Assembly (NCBI GenBank): GCA_947165305.1
Contig: CAMUZW010000001.1
Span: 1 to 54,196, forward strand
Direction: 5' to 3'
From: an uncultured Bacteroidales bacterium
GTDB lineage: Bacteria > Bacteroidota > Bacteroidia > Bacteroidales > UBA932
DNA length: 54,196 nt
The position numbers were made by a program, and so were the translations under genes. This document shows positions 18,429 through 27,297 of this stretch, piece after piece (position 1 is the stretch's first letter; the number at the start of each line of letters is the position of its first letter). The notes under the pieces are model-generated. The model saw nothing but the letters and a program-made list of their open reading frames with translations. It did no database searches and was not told the DNA's origin.

Positions 18429-19849
18429 TTGCCTGTCATGATCCGCCGGGTCTCGCTGTAGGGTGTCGCATCCTGTCCCAGCGCGATGGCGAATTTCTCC
18501 ATTAAAGTATATTCTTCCAGATTCTTGCGGCGCGTGCCGGCCAGATAGGATTCCAGCGCAGGCCATGCCTTCGAGAGCGTCGAACGGTCGGCATAGCGCG
18601 TAAAGAGTGTATCTACCTCGGCAAAAGGGGCCGAGGAAGGCGCCGGATCGAGGATAAAGCCCTCAACAAGGCCCCGGAGTGCGGGCCAGCGGAGATTCGA
18701 CGGCCCGACGACGTCGGCCTGGATCTTCACGCGCGTGCCGGAAGGGTACACGGCGGTCACGCTCCGGAACGAACGCTCCGAGAAAGCGTCCGTCCACCTG
18801 GCGCGTCCGCGGCGGCCGAGGATCAGCCGGTCGGTGGCGATCCGGCTCCCGTCAAAATACCGCAGTTCGACGATATCACCCTCCTTCCCGGATGCGTCGA
18901 CCGTGCAGTTTGCGCGGATTGTCTGCCCGAAGTCAAAGGTCTTCAGCGTGTCGCCCTGCTTTTCTTCGAGCGGAAGCATCCGTTTCCGCTCCGGAAGCGG
19001 ACTTTCGTCCGGAATCAGCAGCTGATACCCTTTGTCCGTGAAGAGCGCCGGCGCCCAGGAGAGCGAGTCTTCCGAAGCGTCGAACTGGATGCCCTCCAGC
19101 AGCCGGGTATAGCGGCTGGACAGGGAGACCTCCCAACTCTCATCCGTGCAGATCCGGTCGTGACTGCCGTCTTTGTAGAAAAGATGGAGCTCGGCAATGA
19201 TCGCAGGCTGCACCGCGACCACTTGCGCGGTAAGTGTGTTGAGGCCGCTCTTGAGCAGTTTCGTTACGTCGTAGATCCGGTATTGCCCGGCAATCTCTCC
19301 ATAAAGGGAAGAGGGAATGCTATAGTCTCCGCCGAGGGTTTCCCCGCCGAGGGTAACGGTGTTGCCGCCGGTCGAACTGACGCAGAGCGTCGCCCGGCGG
19401 AGTCCCTTGCCGACCCGGAATTCTTTCCTGAAGACCGGCTGTGACACGCCGGGGCGGGCCGGGCCGATCCAGCGGGCCGTCCAGTTGCCTTCCGGATAGA
19501 GGGCGGTGCGGAAGGACGAGCGGGCCATCCGGCGATGCCCGTCGGCATCCCAGACTTCGAGAGTCCAGCGGTATTTCCGGAGGCTTCCGAGGAGGACATC
19601 CTCCGGAAGGATCAGGCGGGTTTCCCGGGAGTGAATCTCTCCCGAATCCCAGACGCCCTTGATGGCTACGCGGCATTTGCTCTGCCGGAAGCCGTCTTCT
19701 TCGTCGAATGACCAGGAGAATACGGTCTCGCTGCTCCCGACGGCCTGCGGCTTTGCCAGATGGTCCACCTCCAGCCCCCGGATCCGGGAGCAGGAGACGG
19801 CCGCGATGAGGGCCGCAAGCACGAAGATTTTCTGTACGGACGATGTCAT
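18425..19849 (-). CDS. Lipoprotein resembling the N-terminal beta-domains of GH78 alpha-L-rhamnosidases, lacking the catalytic barrel
   Basis: Lipobox AVSC. FSW, WDSG, Y.W...VWD, W.ARWI, FRKEF and FDFGQ motifs in GH78 order. Only 474 aa. Confidence 0.65.
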   Translation of the reverse strand: MTSSVQKIFVLAALIAAVSCSRIRGLEVDHLAKPQAVGSSETVFSWSFDEEDGFRQSKCRVAIKGVWDSGEIHSRETRLILPEDVLLGSLRKYRWTLEVWDADGHRRMARSSFRTALYPEGNWTARWIGPARPGVSQPVFRKEFRVGKGLRRATLCVSSTGGNTVTLGGETLGGDYSIPSSLYGEIAGQYRIYDVTKLLKSGLNTLTAQVVAVQPAIIAELHLFYKDGSHDRICTDESWEVSLSSRYTRLLEGIQFDASEDSLSWAPALFTDKGYQLLIPDESPLPERKRMLPLEEKQGDTLKTFDFGQTIRANCTVDASGKEGDIVELRYFDGSRIATDRLILGRRGRARWTDAFSERSFRSVTAVYPSGTRVKIQADVVGPSNLRWPALRGLVEGFILDPAPSSAPFAEVDTLFTRYADRSTLSKAWPALESYLAGTRRKNLEEYTLMEKFAIALGQDATPYSETRRIMTGK

Positions 19850-19855
19850 ATCTCA

Positions 19856-19916
19856 CAAAGATAAGAAGAATTCTCGACTTTGCGCTTCGCGCTTCGCGTG
19901 AAATGACGTATCTTTG
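19856..19916. promoter_or_regulatory. Divergent -7 promoter elements, both probably producing leaderless or near-leaderless mRNAs
   Basis: TATCTTTG on - strand (19863-19856, 6 nt before ATG 19849) and TATCTTTG on + strand (19909-19916, 5 nt before ATG 19922). Confidence 0.7.
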
Positions 19917-19921
19917 CCGCT

Positions 19922-20338
19922 ATGGAAAAGAAAGTTTATTTCGCCGGATCCATCCGGGGCGGACGGCAGGATGCCGGCCTTTATAAGCGTATCATTCAGT
20001 ATATTCAGCGCGGGCATGTCGTCCTGACCGAGCATGTCGGGGACCTGTCGCTGAGCAAGACGGAAGCGATGCAAGACCGGGATACGGCCATTTATGAACA
20101 GGATACTGCGTGGCTGCGGGAGTCGGACCTGCTCATTGCGGAGTGTACGACACCCTCGCTCGGCGTCGGTTATGAACTGGCGTATGCCGAAGCGCACGGC
20201 AAGCCCGTCCACATTTTCTACGACGCCTCCCGTACGCGGCTCTCCGCCATGCTCACCGGCGACAAGTATTTCCACATTCATCCTTACCGCGCCGAGGCGG
20301 AGATTTATCCCGTCCTGGATACGCTGCTGGATGGGTAG
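19922..20338 (+). CDS. 2'-deoxynucleoside 5'-phosphate N-hydrolase (DNPH1/Rcl-like; nucleoside deoxyribosyltransferase superfamily)
   Basis: YFAGSIRGGR, LTEHV, IYEQD..WL, AE.T.PSLGVGYEL. Confidence 0.85.
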   Translation: MEKKVYFAGSIRGGRQDAGLYKRIIQYIQRGHVVLTEHVGDLSLSKTEAMQDRDTAIYEQDTAWLRESDLLIAECTTPSLGVGYELAYAEAHGKPVHIFYDASRTRLSAMLTGDKYFHIHPYRAEAEIYPVLDTLLDG

Positions 20339-20342
20339 GAGG

Positions 20343-21260
20343 CTATGAGGACGGGGCGGTCCCCGGGAACATCTCATCGATCATAGCCAGTGGAATGCCG
20401 GTGCAGCGCGACAGCTGCCGGTTACTGGCGCCGTATTCGTATTTCAGGGTCCGGACCAGGCTGCTTTTCTGCCGGAGGGTCAGCAGCCTGAGGCTCTCGG
20501 CGCCATATTCTTTTTTGCAGCAGCGGAGGGCGACCATGCTGACCTCCTCGTCAGTCACGGCCGCTTTCTCGCCCAGCCTGCCCGCCGTCGCCGTATGGGC
20601 CTCGACGTTCCGCGTGACCCACCAGATGAACTGCCGGGCGCTTTCAAACAGCGCCATGACCGTTCCGTAATCCACAAAGCTTGCCGGCAGGATCATGCCG
20701 TCGTGGATCCGTAAAGACGCATCCATCTCATGATTGCGTTCATGTTTGATCGCGCGGCGGGCCAAAATGGCGATTTCTCCGGCCGGGGTGCCGGCAGGGA
20801 GCAATGACAACAGGTTGTTAAAGTACATAAACCCGCTGCACCAGGGATATGAGAAGGGGTTGACGTCGGCCCGTGCGACATAAGGATTCCGGATGACGTA
20901 GGCGACCTCGTCACGCAACTGCTTTAAGTCAGAGATATCGACAATATGGAAATCGATGGGGCGAATCCTTTTGTCTGCCCTTTTCAGAAAGCCGTCGAGG
21001 CGTTTTCTTAGGCGGGTGATAAACAACATGCACTGGCTCCTCTCCGCCGCCACAATGTTGTGGATATGATTGTTCATGATCGCATAAGCCAGTTCTTTCC
21101 CTCCGCATTCCGTGATGCTGAGGGCAAGCATGTTGACGGCCTCCTTAAAGTCATTGTGACTGACGAAAAGCAGTTCGTTGTCGGGCGGGGTGGTGAAGAT
21201 ATGGAAGAAGGGACCGTTTTGGGCAAAGATACTTTCGCAGGCAGAGTGGTTGTTTATCAT
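20343..21260 (-). mobile_element. RAYT / IS200-like (Y1) HUH tyrosine transposase with C-terminal helix-turn-helix-like region
   Basis: FHI near the N-terminus, AYAIMNNHIH (HUH), AYVIRNP (catalytic Tyr), YPWCS. Start reassigned to MINNH. Confidence 0.75.
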
Positions 21261-21591
21261 AGTCGTCGTTTGATAAGGTTTATTAGGTTTGACGGCAGGC
21301 TTTGTTGTCAGCAAGCCTGATCAGTTTGCTTGATTCTTTTCTGTAGCACCGGTCTCCGCCGCAACCGTAAAATTACGAAGAAAACACGTCGCTCCCGCCC
21401 TTTTCTTTTTGCGAGGCTGCACATTTTTATGTTTTCTTCATTATTTCTCGGTTTCCTTCATTTTCCGTCCAAGTTTCTGGCGTTTTTTATGGATGGCTTG
21501 AGGCGCTGTCCATAATTTGGGGCAATTTCATGGATGAAAGGGCGTGGGAGGAGGGGAAAGAGAGGCAGAATGCTATATTGCACCCCAAAAG

Positions 21592-22319
21592 ATGATGATG
21601 ATGATGACCGGGATGGGGAAAATGCTGCTGGCGCTGGGGGATCTTTTGATGCCCCGGACGTGTCCGGTGTGCGGGCGGCCGCTCGGGCTGAATGAGCGGC
21701 ATATCTGCCTGTATTGTGCGGCGGACCTGCCGCTGACGTACTATTGGGAGCGGTCGCACAATCCGATGGCAGACCGGCTCAATGCGGCCCTTCCGGACCA
21801 GGAGGGGATGCCGTATGCCTATGCGGCCGCGCTGTTCTTCTATGATGAAGACGTGCCTTATAAGATGATTCCGTGGAAGTTGAAATACGGGAACGGCATC
21901 GGGACCGGGCGGTATTTCGCCGCCATGCTGGGCCGGTATCTGGCAGGCAGCGAGTGGTTCGGGGATGTCGATACCGTCATTCCCGTGCCCCTGCACTGGG
22001 CCCGGCGATGGCGGCGCGGGTACAACCAGGCGGCCGTCATCGCCCGGGCCGTTGCCGGAGTGCTCGGGGCGGAGTGCCGGGAGGACATTCTCGTTCGGCG
22101 CCGGCGGACCACGACCCAGACCCGCCTCGGCGGAGATGCCCGATCCCGGAACGTAAAGGGTGCGTTCGGGGTGGCGAAAAGGATCCCCGGAATGCGGCAT
22201 GTGCTCCTTGTGGATTTACGACCGGGGCGACGACGGCGGAGTGCTTCCGTACGCTCCGCGCCGCCCTGCCTGCGGAGGTCCGCATTTCCGTCGCGACGCT
22301 CGCCTTTGTAAAAGACTGA
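21592..22319 (+). pseudogene. comF: ComF-family phosphoribosyltransferase-like gene, frameshifted
   Basis: CPVC...CLYC zinc finger, IPVPLH..R..RRGYNQA, R.RNV.GAF. HVLLVD is in one frame and FTTGAT..VATLAF in another, with the junction at about 22215. Exact start uncertain. Confidence 0.8.
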
Positions 22320-22404
22320 ACCGGCGACCCGTGGCAAAGATGCTTTTTTATAGACCAACCAGCCCGAAAAAAGGTTATATTTGCAGGAAGTAAACCACAG
22401 GATT

Positions 22405-23259
22405 ATGACCAAGAAGATCGTATTTCTGGCATTCATGATGTTGACTGCCGTATCATGCCGCTCCTGCCGCTGGACATCGCACCCCGATCCGCGGCTTCCC
22501 GCCCGGGATGTGACCGTGACCCTGATGACCTATAACGTGGGCGTCTTCCACAAGGACTATGCGACGCTCGGGCATTATTCGTATCCTGAAGTCGCGGCCC
22601 TCATCAAGGGGTCCGGCGCCCAGGTCGTCGGCCTTAACGAGACCGACTGGGAGCGTCCCCGCACCGACAGGCAGCAACAGGCAAAAGAACTTGTTGCCCT
22701 TCTGGGAGAGCAATGGGATTACCAGTTTACCTATGCCCTCGATCCGACTTACGGCAACAGCCTTCTCTGGAAGAAGGACCTCGATGCCGTCCGGCGGCTC
22801 CCCAGGCTTGAGCTGACGAAAGAGGCCGGCGCCGAGACCCGTTCGATGGGCGCTGTCGAATTCGACGACTTCATTTTCTGCGTCACGCACCTCGATCACA
22901 AAAGCGAGGCCGACCGGCTGGCTGCGGTGGCCAAAATCACGGAATGGGCCGCCGGCTACACCCGGAAGCCGATATTCCTGGTCGGTGACATGAACGCCGT
23001 CCCGTCCTCGGAGACCATCCAGGCGTTCCAGAAAAACTGGACGCTCCTGTCTACCTCCGCCAATACTTTCCCGGCCGATGAGCCCCGGAAATGTATCGAC
23101 TACATCTTTGTGTACAAGGACTGCGCGGAGCTGAAGGCCGTGGAAGTGCTGGACGGCGGCGTCATTACTCCGACTGCCGATCCGTCCGTGGCGGACGCTT
23201 CCGACCACTGCCCCGTATGGGCCAGGGTCAAACTGACCATCCAGCCCCTCTATCGGTAG
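22405..23259 (+). CDS. Endonuclease/exonuclease/phosphatase family lipoprotein
   Basis: MTYNV, GLNE, YGNSLL, THLD, GDMN, IDYI, SDH.PV. Lipobox AVSC. -7 element TATATTTG at 22376-22383. Confidence 0.88.
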   Translation: MTKKIVFLAFMMLTAVSCRSCRWTSHPDPRLPARDVTVTLMTYNVGVFHKDYATLGHYSYPEVAALIKGSGAQVVGLNETDWERPRTDRQQQAKELVALLGEQWDYQFTYALDPTYGNSLLWKKDLDAVRRLPRLELTKEAGAETRSMGAVEFDDFIFCVTHLDHKSEADRLAAVAKITEWAAGYTRKPIFLVGDMNAVPSSETIQAFQKNWTLLSTSANTFPADEPRKCIDYIFVYKDCAELKAVEVLDGGVITPTADPSVADASDHCPVWARVKLTIQPLYR

Positions 23260-23269
23260 GGCATCGGTT

Positions 23270-25267
23270 ATGTTCGCACGGATACATCGGCTGGCCGTCC
23301 TGACGCTTGCGGGAGTCTTGCTCCTCTCCTGCGGGAGGGTGGAGCCGCTTCCGGACGTGGAAGGGGCGCAGGTGCGCTGTTATGGCGGCCGGGAACGGAT
23401 CCTGTGCCGCTGGGAAGGTGTCCCTGATGCCATCTCGGCAATCCGTCTCACATTCCCCGATACTGTCGTGGAGGCGCCTTCCGGCGGCGGAAGTTCGCAG
23501 GTCTGGGTCGAAGGACGGAAGGAGGGAAGCGAACGTATCGATGTGACTTTCCTGACGGGCGGCGGCAAGGCCGTTCCGGGGCCCAATATCGGTGTCAGGG
23601 TATACGGAGAGAAATATGAAGCCGGCCTCCAGAGCCGCAAGCCGTCGTCCTGCGTCTTCGAGAACGGCCGTCTGCAGGTCTTTTTCCCCACCGAAGGGGC
23701 TGACGAGGTTGTCGGAGAAGAGATCCTTTACAAGGAAAAGGACGGCGCGGCCGTCGTCCGCTATTTCCCCCGGACGGAGGAGGCGATCCTGCTGGAGGGG
23801 ATCCTCATGCCGGACAAGTACCGCTCCGTCTTCGTCCCCGAGCCCGAGACCGGCGACAAACTGTACGCCCCCTTTACGGATTTCCCGGGAGAAGGGTACG
23901 TGGAGCCGCTTCCGGAGGAAATCCTGCCCACGGTGGATGGCTACCGGGGTATCTGGTTTGCGCTCGGCCAGGTCAAGACGGAGTACGGCGACAAATATTC
24001 CGGCGGCCTCGGCACCTATACGATGAAGCATATCCCGATGGCGGTCTATGCGCCCGAGGCGGAGAAGACCTTCTTTGTCTATGGCGGGACGCCCAGGGAG
24101 AACCAGAAATACCTCCAGTGCATGGTCGGCTGTTTCGACCACCGGACCGGCCTCCTGCAGAAGCCCCGGATGGTGATGGACAAGGGCGTCCTGGGCGTCA
24201 AGGACCCCCATGACAACCCCGCCATCCAGATCGACCGGGACGGCCATATCTGGGTGTTCGTATCCGGCCGTGGCAACAGGCGGGAAGGCTACCGGTACCG
24301 GAGTGTCAATCCGTACGATATCACGGCCTTCAGGGAAATGGGGCACGACATCATGGCCTATCCGCAGGTCATGTATCATCCCGAAAAGGGCTTCTTCCTG
24401 TTCTTCACCCGGTACGACGGCACCCGCCAGCTGTTCTGGCGCACCAGTCCCGACGGCGTCACCTGGACGGATTATAAACAGCTCGCATCCATCAAGGAAG
24501 GGAAAGAGACCAATTCCGGCCACTATCAGATCAGCAACATCTGCGGCACCAAGCTCTGCACGGCCTTCAACCGGCACATCAACGGAGACGTCGACACCCG
24601 TACCAACATTTATTACGTGCAGTCCACCGACTGGGGACAGACCTGGACCACCGCCTCCGGCGAATCCGTCAGCGTCCCCGTCACGACGCGCGACGCCAAC
24701 TGTCTCCTGATCGACTACCAGTCGCAAGGTAAGAACTGCTACATCAAGGACCTGAATTTCGATGCGGACGGCCGCCCGGTCATCCTGTACCTGATCAGCG
24801 ACAATTACCTCACGGGGCCCGCCGGAGGCATCCGGGAATGGTTCACCCTGTACTGGAACGGTACGGAGTGGGAGCAGACCAAAGTGACGGAGTCTACCCA
24901 TTGCTACGACAGCGGCAGCATCTGGGTCGATACGGACGGAGGGGCCGAGACATGGACGATCCTCGCTCCCACCGGCGACGGCCCGCAGTATTGGGGCGCC
25001 GGCGGCGAAGTGGAGGAATTCGTCAGTACCGACCGGGGAAAGACCTGGACGAAGACCCGTGCCCTGACGGCCGGCAGTACGCTCAACAATACCTATGTCC
25101 GGCGTCCGCTCCGGGCCGGTGACGGTTTCCGGGCTTTCTGGGCCGACGGCAATCCTGACCTGTTCAGCCGCAGCAGTTTATATTTCTGCACCCGGGAAGG
25201 AGATGTGTACCGGATGCCGTATGATATGACGGACGAATGGGCGGCTCCGACCCAGGTCGGCAGATAA
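23270..25267 (+). CDS. Lipoprotein with N-terminal beta domain and BNR-4-like beta-propeller
   Basis: Lipobox LLSC. DPHDNP.I.IDRDGHIWV and Asp-boxes SPDGVTW, STDWGQTW, STDRGKTW. Confidence 0.75.
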   Translation: MFARIHRLAVLTLAGVLLLSCGRVEPLPDVEGAQVRCYGGRERILCRWEGVPDAISAIRLTFPDTVVEAPSGGGSSQVWVEGRKEGSERIDVTFLTGGGKAVPGPNIGVRVYGEKYEAGLQSRKPSSCVFENGRLQVFFPTEGADEVVGEEILYKEKDGAAVVRYFPRTEEAILLEGILMPDKYRSVFVPEPETGDKLYAPFTDFPGEGYVEPLPEEILPTVDGYRGIWFALGQVKTEYGDKYSGGLGTYTMKHIPMAVYAPEAEKTFFVYGGTPRENQKYLQCMVGCFDHRTGLLQKPRMVMDKGVLGVKDPHDNPAIQIDRDGHIWVFVSGRGNRREGYRYRSVNPYDITAFREMGHDIMAYPQVMYHPEKGFFLFFTRYDGTRQLFWRTSPDGVTWTDYKQLASIKEGKETNSGHYQISNICGTKLCTAFNRHINGDVDTRTNIYYVQSTDWGQTWTTASGESVSVPVTTRDANCLLIDYQSQGKNCYIKDLNFDADGRPVILYLISDNYLTGPAGGIREWFTLYWNGTEWEQTKVTESTHCYDSGSIWVDTDGGAETWTILAPTGDGPQYWGAGGEVEEFVSTDRGKTWTKTRALTAGSTLNNTYVRRPLRAGDGFRAFWADGNPDLFSRSSLYFCTREGDVYRMPYDMTDEWAAPTQVGR

Positions 25268-25313
25268 AAAGTTGTTTGTTAACTATTTCGTTGCGTTTGT
25301 AAAGGTTTTTAGT

Positions 25314-25321
25314 TATTTTTG
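25314..25321 (+). promoter_or_regulatory. -7 promoter element for the main PUL operon
   Basis: TATTTTTG in an AT-rich intergenic gap, 20 nt before ATG 25342. Confidence 0.55.
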
Positions 25322-25341
25322 TTTGGAATACACTATACACC

Positions 25342-27288
25342 ATGACCAAGAAAATAATATGCCTTCTGTGCACTGCAGTCCTGCTCGGCGGACTTGCCGG
25401 CTGCAGTCATGAGCAGGGAGACGACCCGGCCGGCCGGATTGCCGTTTCGGCCATCGTCGTTCCCGAGCAGTACAAGATGGACATGACCACTTATTCGCTG
25501 GAGCTCGCGACGACAAAGACGACCGGCGTCACGACGGACGACAGCCTTGTCCTCAAGCTGGTCGGCGGCCGGGAGTATGAATTCCCCGTCGTTGCCGTGA
25601 CGGACCACTCCCTGCGTATTCAGGCCGACAAGCGTTTGACGACGGGCTACTACACCCTTTTCCTGGTGCATGAGGGCCGGCGGTATTACCTCGGTCAGAG
25701 CAACATCGACCTTCATGTCCCCATCGAGATCGAGCCCGGTCCCGGCGTTACAATCTATGGTGCGGTGACCTGCAACGACGTGGGCATCCCGGGCGTGCTG
25801 GTCTCCGACGGCGCCGAAATCGTCCGGACCGACGGCCGTGGCGTGTATCAGATCAAGTCGCAGAAGCGCTGGAAGTATGTCTTCGTCATCACTCCTTCGG
25901 GTTATATGCCGCCCCTGCAGGGCATGCTGCCCGAATTCCATGCCGCCCTCGACGAGCATGCCGACGTGGCTGCCCCGGAGCGGAGGGACTTCGTGCTGAA
26001 CCCGGTCGAGAACGACAACTTCACGCTCTTCGTCCTCGGCGACCTGCACCTTGCAAACCGCAACAAGGATATCGCCCAGTTCGACGCCGTCATGACGGAT
26101 CTGCTCTCGACCGTGGCCGCCACCTCCGGCCCCAAGTATTTCCTGACGCTCGGCGATATGACCTGGGACCTGTATTGGGTCTCCAAGAAATTCTGTTTCC
26201 CGGAGTATATCGCGCTGACCGAAAAATACCTTTCGGGTGAATATGTCTTCCACACGATGGGCAATCATGACAATGATCCGGATGGCGTCGGGGACTTCTA
26301 CAAGGCCTTCCGCTATGTGCGAGACATCGGCCCGACCTTCTTTTCGTTCAACATCGGCCAGATACATTTCATCGTGCTGGATGACGTTGATTTCAACAAC
26401 GCCGCGTCGGGAGACCGCAGCAACTACAGGGCCAACCTCACCGTCGAACAGATGGAATGGCTCGCGAAGGACCTTTCATTTGTCCCGAAAGGCTCCAAGC
26501 TGGTGATTTCCAGCCATATTCCGGTCTTCTATCCCACATCTTCCCTTACGTTCACGAGCCACTGGAACGGGGTCGATGCGCCCGGAGAAGGCGGTACCGC
26601 GGAGTTTATCAATCTGCTCAAGGATTATGACGTCCAGATGCTGACCGCCCATTCCCACGAGGTGTTCAACTACCGGGTACCGGCCGGCAATTTCGAGGAG
26701 CATAACATGGGAGCCATCTGCGCGACCTGGTGGTGGTCCGGAAACCTTACTCCGGGTGTCCACATCGGGCAGGACGGCGCCCCGGGCGGATATGGCGTAT
26801 TCACCTTCAACGGCACAGACATGAGCCATTATTTCAAGGCTCCCGGCTGGCCGGCCTCCCACCAGTTCCGCGCTTACGATATGGGCAAGGTCAAAGAGGT
26901 CGTCGTACCGTCGCTCGGCGGTAACAAACCCGGCTTCCAGCGGTTTGTGGATTATATGGCTGAATATGACGACAACGATATCCTGATCAATATATGGGAC
27001 TTTGACCCGTCCTGGAAGATTTCCGTGAAGGAAGAAGGTGTGGATATTCCCGTCCGGCAGGCCTGGACCCTCGATCCGCTGCACATCGTCGCGATGACGG
27101 CGAAACGCTTCCAGTCGACGGACGAACCCAACTTCATCACGGAAAGGTGGCATCATTTCTTTGTCGCACGGGCGACGCAGCGCAATTCTACCGTCGAAAT
27201 CACAGTCACCGACCGCAACGGCGGAGTCCATACCGAGACGATGCGCCGGCCCAAGCCTTTCTCCGTTGCTGACTATACCGTTAAATAG
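25342..27288 (+). CDS. Calcineurin-like metallophosphoesterase lipoprotein
   Basis: GDLH, LGDM, GNHD, SHIP, AHSH metal motifs. GVLVSDG...TD.RGVY N-domain and DGAPGGY. Lipobox LAGC. Confidence 0.88.
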   Translation: MTKKIICLLCTAVLLGGLAGCSHEQGDDPAGRIAVSAIVVPEQYKMDMTTYSLELATTKTTGVTTDDSLVLKLVGGREYEFPVVAVTDHSLRIQADKRLTTGYYTLFLVHEGRRYYLGQSNIDLHVPIEIEPGPGVTIYGAVTCNDVGIPGVLVSDGAEIVRTDGRGVYQIKSQKRWKYVFVITPSGYMPPLQGMLPEFHAALDEHADVAAPERRDFVLNPVENDNFTLFVLGDLHLANRNKDIAQFDAVMTDLLSTVAATSGPKYFLTLGDMTWDLYWVSKKFCFPEYIALTEKYLSGEYVFHTMGNHDNDPDGVGDFYKAFRYVRDIGPTFFSFNIGQIHFIVLDDVDFNNAASGDRSNYRANLTVEQMEWLAKDLSFVPKGSKLVISSHIPVFYPTSSLTFTSHWNGVDAPGEGGTAEFINLLKDYDVQMLTAHSHEVFNYRVPAGNFEEHNMGAICATWWWSGNLTPGVHIGQDGAPGGYGVFTFNGTDMSHYFKAPGWPASHQFRAYDMGKVKEVVVPSLGGNKPGFQRFVDYMAEYDDNDILINIWDFDPSWKISVKEEGVDIPVRQAWTLDPLHIVAMTAKRFQSTDEPNFITERWHHFFVARATQRNSTVEITVTDRNGGVHTETMRRPKPFSVADYTVK

Positions 27289-27297
27289 AAACAGAAG

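Noticed and set aside
19922-21260. DNPH1-like hydrolase plus HUH nuclease as an anti-phage system
   Set aside because: The genes are convergent with separate promoters, and adjacency alone gives no support.
21392-21550. Imperfect inverted repeat (ctcccgcccttt / aaagggcgtgggag) as an invertible promoter
   Set aside because: Short, needs a 2-nt indel, low complexity, and no recombinase nearby.
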